64,000 nt of DNA from NCBI RefSeq assembly GCF_044704955.1, contig NW_027254394.1, forward strand, positions 310,001 through 374,000. The letters run 5' to 3'. Position 1 is the stretch's first letter. Every line of letters begins with the position of its first letter. This DNA is from Pristiophorus japonicus (Eukaryota). The notes under the pieces were generated by a model. The model worked only from the letters and a program-made list of their open reading frames with translations, was not told where the DNA came from and ran no database searches. Positions 1 to 12,475 of this stretch are shown here, one piece after another. A program made the position numbers and the translations under genes.

Positions 1-1605
1 CTTATTAGTCAGGAAATTGTGTTGTGGAAATTGATGGGATTGAAGGCCGATAAATCCCCAGGGCCTGATGGACTGCATCCCAGAGTACTTAAGGAGGTGG
101 CGTTGGAAATAGTGGATGCATTGAAAGTCATTTTCCAACATTCCATTGACTCTGGATCAGTTCCTATGGAGTGGAGGGTAGCCAATGTCACCCCACTTTT
201 TAAAAAAGGAGGGAGATAACAGGGAATTATAGACCGGTCAGCCTGACATCGGTAGTGGGTAAAATGATGGAATCAATTATTAAGGATGTCATAGCAGTGC
301 ATTTGGAAAGAGGTGATATGATAGGTCCAAGTCAGCATGGATTTGTGAAAGGGAAATCATGCTTGACAAATCTTCTGGAATTTTTTGAGAATGTTTCCAG
401 TAGAGTGGACAAGGGAGAACCAGTTGATGTGGTATATTTGGACTTTCAGAAGGCTTTCGACAAGGTCCCACACAAGAGATTAATGTGCAACGTTAAAGAA
501 CATGGGATTGGGGGTAGTGTGCTGACATGGATTGAGAACTGGTTGTCAGACAAGAAGCAAAGAGTAGGAGTAAATGGGGACTTTTCAGAATGGCAGGCAG
601 TGACTACTGGGGCCCCAGCTGTTTACACTGTACATTAATGATTTAGACGAGGGGATTAAATGTAGTATCTCCAAATTTGCGGATGACACTAAGTTGGGTG
701 GCAGTGTGAGCTGCGAGGGGGATGCTATGAGGCTGCAGAGCGACTTGGATAGGTTAGGTGAGTGGGCAAATGCATGGCAGATGAAGTATAATGTGGATAA
801 ATGTGAGGTTATCCACTTTGGTGGTAAAAACAGAGAGACAGACTATTATCTGAATGGTGTCAGATTAGGAAAAAGGGAGGTGCAAAGAGACCTGGGTGTC
901 ATAGTACATCAGTCATTGAAGGTTGGCATGCAGGTACAGCAGGCGGTTAAGAAAGCAAATAGCATGTTGGCCTTCATAGCGAGGGGATTTGAGTACAGGG
1001 GCAGGGAGGTGTTGCTACAGTTGTACAGGGCCTTGGTGAGGCCACACCTGGATTATTGTGTACAGTTTTGGTCTCCTAACTTGAGGAAGGACATTCTTGC
1101 TATTGAGGGAGTGCAGCGAAGGTTCACCAGACTGATTCCCGGGATGGCGGGACTGACCTATCAAGAAAGACTGGATCAACTGGGCTTGTATTCACTGGAG
1201 TTCAGAAGAATGAGAGGGGACCTCATAGAAATGTTTACAATTCTGACGGGGTTAGACAGGTTAGATGCAGGAAGAATGTTCCCAATGTTGGGGAAGTCCA
1301 GAACCAGGGCACACAGTCTAAGGATAAGGGGTAAGCCATTTAGGACCGAGATGAGGAGGAATTTCTTCACCCAGAGAGTGGTGAACCTGTGGAATTCTCT
1401 ACCACAGAAAGTTGTTGAGGCCAATTCACTAAATATATTCAAAAAGGAGTTAGATGAAGTCCTTACTACTCGGGGGATCAAGGAGTATGGTGAGAAAGCA
1501 GGAATGGCGTACTGAAGTTGCATGTTCAGCCATGAACTCATTGAATGGCGGTTCAGGCTAGAAGGGCCGAATGGTCTACTCCTGCACCTATTTTCTATGT
1601 TTCTA
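1..1605 (+). mobile_element. CR1 LINE, 3' part (ORF2 RT plus 3'UTR), young subfamily, truncated by the window edge
   Basis: ORFs give [47 protein letters not shown] and RPHLDYCVQFWSP; ends in a TTTCTATG-type tail; nearly identical to 51180-52810. Confidence 0.95.
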
Positions 1606-2604
1606 TTTTCGGGTTGGTAGATTGTCACTAGTGGGGTGCCGCAAGGATTGGTGCTTGCTCCTCAGCTATTCACAATCTATATCAATATCAATGATTTGGA
1701 TGAGGCAACCAAATGTAATATATCCAAATTTCCTGATGATACAAAGCTAGGTGGGAATGTAAGTTGTGATGAGGATGCAACGAGACTTTAAGTGAATATA
1801 GACAGGCTAAGTGGGTGGGCAAGAACATGGCAAATGGAATATAATATGGAGAAATGTGAAGTTATCCACTTTGGTAGGAACAATGGAAAAGCAGAGTATT
1901 TTTTTTTAAATAGTGAGAGATTAGGAAATGTTGGTTTTCAAAGGGACCTGGGTGTCCTTGTACATGAATCACAAAGTTAACATGCAGGTACAGCAAGCAA
2001 TTAAGAAAGCAAATGATATGTTGGCCTTTATTGCATGAGGATTTGAATATAAGAGTAAAGCGGTCTTACTGCAATTATATAGGGCCCTAGTGAGACCGCA
2101 CCTGGAGTATTGTGTACTGCTTGGTCTCCTTACCTAACGATATACTTGAGGGAGTGCAACGAAGGTTACCAGACTGATTCCTGGGATGGGGTGATTGTCC
2201 TATGGGGAGAGATTGAGTAGACTAGCCCTATATTCTCTAGAGTGTAGAAGAATAAGAGGTGGTCTCATTGAAATTCTTACAGGGCTTGACAGGGTAGATG
2301 CAAGGAGAATGTTTCCTCTGTGCTCACAGTCTCAGAAGAGGGGGTCGGCCATTTAGGACTGAGATGAGGAGAAAGTTCTTCACTCAGAGGTTGGGGAATA
2401 TTTGGAATTCTCTACCCCAGAGGGCTGTGGAGGCTCAGTCTTTGAGTATGTTCAAGACAGAGATCGATAGATTTGTGAATATTGCGGGAATCAAGGGATA
2501 TGCAGGAAAGTGGAGTTGTGGTAGAAGATCAGCCAAGATCTCAATGAATGGCGGAGTAGGCTCAAGGGGCCGAATGCCTACTCCTGCTCCGAATTCTTAT
2601 GTTC
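1606..2604 (+). mobile_element. CR1 LINE 3' fragment, more decayed subfamily
   Basis: RT C-terminal motifs (WQMEYNMEKCEVIHFG, FFTQR) with stops and frameshifts; TTCTTATGTTC tail. Confidence 0.9.
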
Positions 2605-2734
2605 ATGCAGAACTTACAGGTCAGTTGCTGGTTTCTCATTACAGGTTGGAACTTCTGGACATTTTTGTGAGTTTTACCACTCTAGAACATTCAATGGCCT
2701 CAATATTTTATTGTCAGGTGCTGCGTGAACACTG

Positions 2735-4303
2735 AAGGCCCCAATACGGGGGCAGGAAGCGCAGACACATTTCCGACTGGAATTTTGCCACCCGCCATAT
2801 TGGGAAAGGAGTCAGGAGCTGCGCCACTGGCAAATTTAAAATGAATGTCAGGTGCACGCAAATCTTTACCCGTGGTGTTCCCTGTGATGGACTTTAAATT
2901 TTCAGCTATCCCAGCAAGTGCCCCACCATGTGCTGGTCTCACTCAGAAAATCGTGGTGCTAACCGGCAGGAAACGCCCCTGCCAGGGGGGATTTAAAGGG
3001 ACCATGCTGAACTCACAGGCGAGTTTGTCTTTTTAGGCTGATGGTTCAACTCCCCAGGATTGTTTGTTGCGTTTTAGCACTCTGCAAATTAGACTTTATC
3101 GGCTTCGGCGCAGATTTAGCTGTTGTCAGATTGCTGGTATTTGTGAGGCAGATAGCTTGCCTGTACCCACGGGTTAGGCTCATAGGGCTGCCTTTGGGGT
3201 TGGAAGTTGAGTGGGAGCAGCAGGACAGGCATCCCAGAGCAGGAGCAGCAGCCAGAAGAGGGAGGAGGAGGAGGAAGAGCGGGGGACTGTGTAAGAGGCC
3301 ATATCCTCAGAGTATTCAGGGAGCACTTCCCCGACCTTAACTACACGCAGGAGCAATGTATGAGGTGCCTTTGCTGTACTAAGGAGGCTGTGGCTAAGCT
3401 CTGTCACCAGCTCGAGCCACACACCAGGGCATGGACAGCACTGCCTGTGACTGCCACGCTCACCATCGCCCTCAATTTCTATGCTATGGGCTCCTTTCAG
3501 TCTGCAACAGGTGACACTAGAAACATCTCAGAGTGCAGTCAACAGATGTATCAGTGAGGTCACTTCAGCTCTATCTGCCAAAATTAACTGCATTTCCTTT
3601 CCGATGGACAGAGTGAGATGTTTCCCCAGTGGCTGCAGCTTGGGAGGTGTGAGGTTACTGAGCTTCCATTGAGGACACTTCAGATGGCTGTGGTGGGTGA
3701 CTTCAACCAGCTGTGTTGAGAGAGCCTGGCTGAAGCCCGCAGAATTACAGCGTGGGCTAGAGCAGTTTGAGCCGACTGGCTGTGTGACACCAACAAGGTC
3801 ATTGTTTCCCCTGCCAGCTGCTTTGTCAGACAGGCTGCCATCCTGAGAGAGGACAGCCGGTGCCTCTCCCATGGAGCCATGGCCATGCTCTTGGGCTGGA
3901 GCCTCAGCTCTGCTCTGCTCGAGAACGCAGTACAGATGTGACGTGATGCTCTGTGAGTTCCCGTCAACAGTGAGCCCCAAAGCCAAGATGGCAGCCATCC
4001 AAGCTTGTACTGCTATCCAAACTGTCAGCAGAGGCACTATCATGGCAGAGCTGACCATGTTGGACAGAATAGTCTCCACACTCTGCACAAAGCTTTGAGA
4101 CAAGTTGGAGCTGGACTGCTCCATGATCCGTGACATTGTGCACATGCTCTCTGGCAGGCTGCCCAGTGACACTAGCCGAGATGCCCATGAGCCTTCTTTG
4201 CTAGTCTGGGCCCTCGAGGTCTGCATCTGAGTCCTTTGTAGCAGAACTAAATGCGACCACGCCCCTGGCGAGCTGACAGCTGTGACGTCCTACCCCCAGC
4301 CCT
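2735..4303 (+). mobile_element. PIF/Harbinger DNA transposon fossil: transposase N-terminus (+, about 3170-3625) and 3' part of the partner Myb/SANT gene (-)
   Basis: RPYP..VFREHF..LNYTQEQC..TALPVTATLTIALNFYAMGSFQSATGD matches the HARBI1-like helical N-terminal region; boundaries approximate. Confidence 0.75.
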
Positions 4304-5804
4304 ATTGACTAGAATAGACTGGCGAGTGATACTTAAAGGGTTGACAGTGGATAGGCAATGGCAAACATTCAAAGATCACATGGATGAACTTCAACAATTG
4401 TACATCTGGAGTAAAAATAAAACGGGGAAGGTGGCTCAACCGTGGCTAACAAGGGAAATTAAGGATAGTGTTAAATCCAAGGAAGAGGCATATAAATTGG
4501 CCAGAAAAAGCAGCAAACCTGAGGACTGGGAGAATTTTATAATACAGCAGAGGAGGACAAAGGGTTTAATTACGAGGGGGAAAATAGAGTATGAGAGGAA
4601 GTTTGCTGGGAACATAAACACTGACTGCAAAAGCTTCTTTATTTATGTGAAGATAAAAGATTATGAAAACAAACGTAGGTCCCTTGCAGTCAGATTCAGG
4701 TGAATTTATAACAGGGAACAAATAATGGCAGACCAGTTGAACAAATACTTTGGTTCTGTCTTCACGAAGGAAGACACAAATAACCTTCCGGAAATACTGG
4801 GGGACCGAGGACCTAGTGAGAAAGAGGAACTGAAGGATATCCTTATTAGGCGGGAAATTGTGTTCGGGAAATTGATGGGATTAAAGGCCGATAAATCCCC
4901 GGGGCCTGATAGTCTGCATCTCAGAGTACTTAAGGAAGTAGCCCTAGAAATAGTGGATGCATTCATGATCATTTTCCAACAGTCTATCGACTCTGGATCA
5001 GTTCCTATGGACTGGAGGGTTGCTAATGTAACACCACTTAAAGGAGGGAAAGAGAAAACAGATAATTATAGACCAGTTAGCCTGACATCAGTAGGGGGGA
5101 AAATGTTGGAATCAATTATTAAAGATGAAATAACAGCGCATTTGGAAAGCAGTGACGGGATCGGTCCAAGTCAGCATGGATTTATGAAAGGGAAATCATG
5201 CTTGACAAATCTTCTGGAATTTTTTGAGGATGTAACTGGTACAGTAGACAAGGGAGAACCAGTGGATGTGGTGTATTTGGACTTTCATAAGGCTCTTGAC
5301 AAGGTCCCACACAAGAGATTGGTGTGCAAAATTAAAGTACATTGTATTGGGGGTAATGTATTGACGTGGATAGAGAACTGGTTGGCAGACAGGAAGCAGA
5401 GAGTTGGGATAAACGGGTCCTTTTCAGAATGGCAGGCAGTGACGAGTGGGGTGCCGCAGGGTTCAGTGCTGGGACCCCAGCTATTTACAATATACATTAA
5501 TGATTTAGATGAAGGAATTGAGTGTAATATCTCCAAGTTTGCAGATGACACTAAGCTGGGTGTGAGCTGTGAGGAGGACGCCAAGAGGCTGCAGGATGAT
5601 TTGGACAGGTTAGGTGAGTGGGCAAATGCATGGCAGATGCAGTCTAATGTGGATAAATGTGAGGTTATCTACTTTGGTGGCAAAAACACGAAGGCAGAAT
5701 ATTATCTGAATGGCGGCAGATTAGGAAAAGGAGAGGTGCAATGAGACCTGGGTGTCATGGTACATCAGTCATTGAAAGTTGGCATGCAGGTACAGCAGGC
5801 AGTG
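4304..5804 (+). mobile_element. CR1 LINE ORF2 fragment
   Basis: ORF 4725-5744 with RT motifs [10 protein letters not shown] and KFADDTKL; breaks off where the next CR1 begins. Confidence 0.93.
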
Positions 5805-8800
5805 ACTTTTAGATCGGTTTAATTGGCAGCGAACTACTAAGTAGCTGTTTGGTGTTTAAGTAAATTTTAGTAAGTGAATAATTTAAGGGTTAAGTCATGG
5901 CAGGAGAGCTCAGACCCGTGTCATGCTCATCCTGTGCTATGTGGGAAGTGTCCCTGACTACTGTATGTGTGCGAAAAGTGTCCAGCTGCAGCTCCTGACA
6001 GACCACATGATGGCATTGGAGCTGCGGATGGACTCACTCTGGAGCATACGCGATGCTGAGAATGTTATGGATAGCACATTTAGTGAGTTGGTCACACCGC
6101 AGGTAAGAGTTAGGACTGATAGTGAATGGGTGACCAAGAGACAAGGCAAGAGCAGGAAGGTAGTGCAGGAGTCCCCTGCGGTCATCTCCCTCCAAAACAG
6201 ATATACCGTTTTGGATACTGTTGGGGGAGATGACTTACCAGGGGAAGGCACCAGCAGCCAGGTTCATGGCACCATGGGTGGCTCTGCTGCACAGAAGGGT
6301 TGGAAAAAGAGTGGGAGAGCTATAGTGATAGGGAACTCTATTGTAAAGGGAATAGATGGGAGTTTCTGCGGCCGCAACCGAGACTCCAAGATGGTATGTT
6401 GCCTCCCTGGTGCAAGGGTCAAGAATGTCTCGGAGTGGCTGCAGAGCATTCTAGAGAGGGAGGGTGAACAGCCAGTTGTCGTGGTACATATCGGTACCAA
6501 CGATATAGGTAAGAAGCGGGAAGAGGGCCTACAAGCTGAATTTAGGGAGCTAGGAGTTAAATTAAAAAGTAGGACCTCAAAGGTAGTAATCTCTGGATTG
6601 CTACCAGTGCCGCGTGCTAATCAGAGTAGAGGAAGCAGGATAGTTAGAATACATGGCTTGAGCAGTGGTGCAAGAGGAAGGGATTCAAATTCCTGGGATA
6701 TTGGAACAGTTCTGGGGGAAGTGGGACCTGTACAAAAGGGACGGTCTGCACTTGGGCAAGACTGGAACTGATGTCCTGGGGGTAACATTTGCTAATGCAG
6801 TTCGGGAGTGTTTAAACTAATATGGCACGGGGATGGGAACCTATGCAGCAAGACAGGGCGAAGTAATATGGTATCAGAAACAGATGGTAGAAAGGTAACA
6901 AGCAATAGTGGAACGCCGAGTAAACAAAGGCAAGAGACAAAAAGGGCCACACTACATCATAATTCTAAAAGGACAAAGGGTGTTAAAAAAACAAGCCTGA
7001 AGGCTTTGTGTTTTAATGCAAGGAGTATCTGTAATAAGGTGGATGAATTAACTGTGCAAATAGATGTTAACAGATATGATGTGATTGGGATTACGGAGAC
7101 GTGGCTCCAGGATGATCAGGGCTGGGAACTCAACATCCAAGGGTATTCAACATTCACGAAGGATAGAATAAAAGGAAAAGGAGGTGGGGTAGCATTGCTG
7201 GTTAAAGAGGAGATTAATACAATAGTTAGGAAGGACATTAGCTTGGATGATGTGGAATCTGTATGGGTAGAGCTGCAGAACACCAAAGGGCAAAACAAGT
7301 TAGTGGGAGTTGTGTACAGACCTCCAAACAGTAGTAATGTTGGGGAGGGCATCAAACAGGAAATTAGGCGTGCATGCAATAAAGGTGCAGCAGTTATCAT
7401 GGGTGACTTTAATATGCATATAGATTGAGCTAACCAAACTGGAAGCAATACGGTGCAAGAGGATTTCCTGGAGTGCATAAGGGATGGTTTTCTAGACCAA
7501 TATGTCGAGTAACCAACCAGGGGGGAGGCCATCTTAGACTGGGTGTTGTGTAATGAGAGAGGATTAATTAGCAATCTCGTTGTGCGAGGCCCCTTGGGGA
7601 AGAGTGACCATAATATGGTGGAATTCTACATTAGGATGAAGAATGAAAGAGTTAATTCAGAGACCATGGTCCAGAACTTAAAGAAGGGTAGCGTTGAAGG
7701 TATGAGGCGTGAATTGGCTAGGATAGATTGGCGAATTATACTTAAGGGGTTGACTGTGGATGGGCAATGGCAAACATTTAGAGACCACGTGGATGAACTA
7801 CAACAATTGTACATCCCTGTCTGGTGTAAAAATAAAAAAGGGAAGGTGGCTCAACCGTGGCTATCAAGGGAAATCAGGGATAGTATTAAAGCCAAGGAAG
7901 TGGCATACAAATTGGCCAGAAATAGCAGCGAACCCGGGGACTGGGAGAAATTTAGAACTCAGCAGAGGAGGACAAAGGGTTTGATTAGGGCAGGGAATAT
8001 AGAGTATGAGAGGAAGCTTGCAGGGAACATTAAGACGGATTGCAAAAGCTTCGACAGATATGTAAAGAGAAAAAGGTTAGTAAAGACAAACGTAGGTCCC
8101 CTGCAGTCAGAATCAGGGGAAGTCATAACGGGGAACAAAGAAATGGCAGATCAATTGAACAAGTACTTTGGTTTGGTATTCACTAAGGAGGACACAAACA
8201 ACTTTCCGGATATAAAAGGGGTCAGAGGGTCTAGTAAGAAGGAGGAACTGAGGGGAATCCTTATTAGTTGGGAAATTGTGCTGGGGAAATTGATGGGATT
8301 GAAGGCCGATAAATCCCCAGGGCCTGATGGTCTGCATCCCAGAGTACATAAGGAGGTGGCCTTGGAAATAGCGGCTGCATTGAGAGTCATTTTCCAACAT
8401 TCCATACACTCTGGATCAGTTCCTATGGAGTGGAGGGTAGCAAATGTAACCCCACTTTTTAAAAAAGGAGGGAGAGAAAACGGAATTATAGACCAGTTAG
8501 CCTGACATCGGTAGTGGGTAAAATGATGGAATCAATTATTAAGGATGTCATAGCAGCGCATTTGGAAAAAGGTGACAAGATAGGTCCAAGTCAGCATGGA
8601 TTTGTGAAAGGGAAATCATGCTTGACAAATCTTCTGGAATTTTTTTGATGATGTTTCCAGTAGAGTGGACAAGGGAGAACCAGTTGATGTGGTGTATTTG
8701 GACTTTCAGAAGGCTTTCGACAAGGTCCCACACAAGAGATTAATGTGCAAAGTTAAAGCACATGGGACTGGGGGTAGTGTGGATTGAGAATTGTTTGGCA

Positions 8801-9868
8801 GACAGGAAGCAAAGAGTAGGAGTAAATGGGTACTTTTCAGAATGGCAGGCAGTGACTCGTGGGGTACCGCAAGGTTCTGTGCTGGGGCCCCAGCTGTTTA
8901 CATTGTACATTAATGATTTGGAAGAGGGGATTAAATGTAGTATCTCCAAATTTGCGGATGACACTAAGTTGGGTGGCAGTGTGAGCTGCGAGGAGGATGC
9001 TATGAGGCTTGGATAGGTTAGGTGAGTGGGCAAATGCATGGCAGGTCAAGTATAATGTGGATAAATGTGAGGTTATCCACTTTGGTGGTAAAAACAGAGA
9101 GACAGACTATTATCTGAATGATGACAGATTAGGAAAAGGGGAGGTACAACGAGACCTGGGTGTCATGGTACATCAGTCATTGAAGGTTGGCATGCAGGTA
9201 CAGCAGGCAGTTAAGAAAGCAAATGGCATGTTGGCCTTCATAGCGAGGGGATTTGAGTACAGGGGCAGGGAGGTGTTGCTACAGTTCTACAGGGCCTTGG
9301 TGAGGCCACACCTGGAATATTGTGTTCAGTTTTGGTCTCCTAACTTGAGGAAGGACATTCTTGCTATTGAGGGAGTGCAGCGAAGGTTCACCAGACTGAT
9401 TCCCGGGATGGCAGGACTGACATATGAGGAGAGATTGGATCGACTGGGCCTGTATTCACTGGATTTTAGAAGGATGAGAGGGAATCTCATAGAAACATAT
9501 AACATTCTGAGGGGGCGGGACAGGTTAGATGCAGGAAGCATATTCCCAATGTTGGGGAAGTCCAGAACCAGGGGACATAGTCTCAGGATAAGGGGCAAGT
9601 CATTTTGGACTGAGATGAGGAGAAACTTCTTCACTCAGAGAGTTGTTAACCTGTGGAAATGCCTACTGCAGAGATTTGTTGATGCCAGTTCATTGGATAT
9701 ATTCAAGAGGGAGTTAGATATGGCCCTTATGGCTAAAGGGATCAAGGGGTATGGAGAGAAAGCAGGAAAGGGGTACTGAGGTGAATGATCAGCCATGATC
9801 TTATTGAATGGTGGTGCAGGTTCAAAGGGCCAAATGGCCTCCTCCTGCACCTATTTTCTATGTTTCTA
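5805..9868 (+). mobile_element. Near full-length decayed CR1 LINE (ORF1 Zn-finger/SGNH esterase, ORF2 APE endonuclease and RT)
   Basis: ORF1 has VIGNSIV, VCCLPGARV and VVHIGTND; endonuclease has CFNARSI, GITETW, VVYRPP, MGDFN and KSDH; RT follows, then a TTTCTATGTTTCTA tail. Confidence 0.95.
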
Positions 9869-10730
9869 GACGCTGAGCATTTGTGCCCTGTGTGTCACCG
9901 CGTGTAGACATCTACTCTAATCAAGCCTATAAGATCCGCATGATACCAGTATCTGAGTTGGTGCCTGTGACTGCATCTTCCGGAAGGCTGGCCTCCTCTG
10001 CCTATACTCCTCTTCTCCATTATCATGACCTAAAATGGAGAGAGAGAAACAAGGGTTAGCCTGTGGTGAGAATGGAGTGCCGAGAGAGAGAAGTGCTGAA
10101 AGTATCTGAAGCTTGCAGTGAGAGTGGTGAGAGAGGTCAGAAGGGACAGAGAGAATGAGGTGTGAAGACACCCTGTGCAACGTCACCTCCAGTTGCCCCA
10201 ACCTCTGCCAGTTGCCTCGACATCAACTCTCTCCCGCCCCTGATGGCAAGCACGTTTTCTTCAAGGGCGGGGAAGGAGAGTGTGCAGGTGGACTGTGCCT
10301 CCTCCGGTGACAGTTGCTGTCTTGAGTTGTGTGTGACCACCTTCTGCAAGAAAACAGTGTCATGTTAGTGAGAGACTTGAGGAACATGTGGTGGTCATGG
10401 TGGAATAGCTGATAATGAGTGTGTGAGATGTGAGTTGTGGGCAAGTCAGGGTTGTACCCGTGATGAGTGTCTGAGTATGAGAAGGAGAAGCAGTGAAGTA
10501 TGGTTTAGTGAGTGTAGGAGAATGAAGGGAACTTATGGAAGGGACTTGGGTGCTGTGAGGTGGTGCAGCTGTGAGCAGGGATGAGATCAGTGTTCGTATC
10601 TTAACAACTCCAGGTAGATCATTAAATGTCTTCCGGCATTGTAGCCACGATCTGGGTGCAATATTCCTGCCATTGACATGCTCTGCAATTCCTTCGCGCT
10701 GCCTCCACAGTAGATGCCCGGAGAGGCTCC
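9869..10730 (-). mobile_element. Harbinger Myb/SANT-like gene exons (probably the same element as 2735-4303)
   Basis: IAEHVNGRNIAPRSWLQCRKTFNDL is a trihelix Myb/SANT signature; the downstream exon has PALEENVLAI. Confidence 0.75.
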
Positions 10731-10922
10731 TGGCCGGAGGTGGACCTGGAGGGGCACCTGGCCAGGGGTGGACCTGGAGGGGCACCTGGCCAGGGGTGGA
10801 CCTGGAGGGGCACCTGGCCAGGGGTGGACCTGGAGGGGCACCTGGCCAGGGGTGGACCTGGAGGGGCTCCTGGCCAGGGGTGGACCTGGAGGGGCTCCTG
10901 GCCAGGGGTGGACCTGGAGGGC
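10731..10922. repeat. 28-bp minisatellite, about 7 units (GGCCAGGGGTGGACCTGGAGGGGCACCT)
   Basis: Tandem units read directly from the sequence. Confidence 0.97.
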
Positions 10923-12474
10923 CAAGATTTCCCTCAGTTCCTCCTCCTTACTAGACCCTCTGACCCCTTTTATATCCGGAAGGTTGTTTGTGTCCTCCTT
11001 AGTGAATACTGAACCAAAGTACTTGTTCAATTGGTCTGCCATTTCTTTGTTCCCCGTTATGACTTCCCCTGATTCTGACTGCAGGGGACCTACGTTTGTC
11101 TTTACTAACCTTTTTCTCTTTACATACCTATAGAAACTTTTGCAATCCGTCTTAATATTCCCTGCAAGCTTCTTCTCGCACTCCATTTTCCCTGCCCTAA
11201 TCAAACCCTTTGTCCTCCTCTGCTGCACCACTGCTCAAGCCACGTATTCATCTGCGCTATCCTGCGATTCCTACTCTGACTAGCACGTGGCACTGGTAGC
11301 AATCCCGAGATTACTACTTTTGAGGTCCTACTTTTTAATTTAGCTCCTAGCTCCTTAAATTCATTTCGTAGGACCTCATCCCTTTTTTTACCAATGTGCA
11401 CCACGACAACTGGCTGTTCTCCCTCCCATTTCAGAATGTCCTGCACCCGCTCCGAGACATCCTTGACCCTTGCACCAGGGAGGCAACATACCATCCTGAA
11501 GTCTCGGTTGCGGCCGCAGAAACGCCTATCTATTCCCCTCACCATTGAATCCCCTATCACTATCGCGCTCCCACGCTTTTTCCTGCCCACCTGTGCAGCA
11601 GAGCCAGCCACGGTGCCATGAATTTGGCTGCTGCTGCCCTCCCCTGATGAGTCATCCCCCCCAACAGTACTCAAAGCGGTGTATCTGTTTTGCAGGGGGA
11701 TGACCACAGGGGACCCCTGCACTACCTTCCTTGCACTGCTCTTCCTGCTGGTCTTCCATTCCCTATCTGGCTGTGGACCCTTCTCCTGCGGTAAGACCAA
11801 CTCACTACACGTGATACTCACGTCATTCTCAGAATCGTGGATGGTCCAGAGTGAATCCACCCTCAGCTCCAATTCCGCAACGCGGACCGTCAGGAGCTCG
11901 AGGCGGATACACTTCTCACACACGTAGTCGTCAGGGACACCGGAAGTGTCCCTGAGTTCCCACATGGTACAGGAGGAGCATATCACGTGATCGAGCTCTC
12001 CTGCCATGCCTTAACCCTTAGATACCCTTAAATTGGTAATAACAATGTTACAGTTCACTTACTGATATAAAAATAAAAAGAAAAGCTACTCACCAATCAC
12101 TAGCAAATCACTTACCCCATTGGCTGTGACGTCACCTTTTGATCCCTTTCTACTTCTATTTTGCTTTCTCTCCCGCAGTAGCTGCACAAGTACGCCTTTA
12201 TAGGCCGCTCCAACACTGCTCCCACCTCTCACCAACTGCCGCTGGCTCTCGATCTCCCGCTGGGCCTTTTATAGGCCGCTCCCCTCTCAGCAACTGCCGT
12301 TGGCTCTCGATCTCCCGCTGGGCCTTTTATAGGCCGCTCCCGCCTCTCACCAACTGCCGCTGGCTCTCGATCTCCCGCTGGGCCTTTTATAGGCCGCTCC
12401 CCTCTCACCAACTGCCGCTGGCTCTCGATCTCCCGCTGGGCCTTTTATAGGCCGCTCCTGCCTCTCACCAACTG
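10923..12474 (-). mobile_element. CR1 5' portion (5'UTR, ORF1, internally deleted into ORF2, no 3' end) inside the minisatellite
   Basis: ORF 12007-11201 MAGELDHVICSSC...VIGDSMV is CR1 ORF1; it is fused at 11220-11225 to ORF2 QQRRTKGLIR...ELREIL. Confidence 0.92.
12225..12472 (-). repeat. 58-60 bp tandem monomers (about 4) in the CR1 5'UTR, each with CCTATAAAAGG
   Basis: TGGCTCTCGATCTCCCGCTGGGCCTTTTATAGG recurs at 12243, 12301, 12361 and 12419. Confidence 0.92.
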
Positions 12475-12475
12475 G

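Noticed and set aside
1-1605. ~51-kb tandem duplication suggested by near identity with 51180-52810
   Set aside because: Identity stops at the CR1 3' end and the flanks differ, so these are independent young insertions
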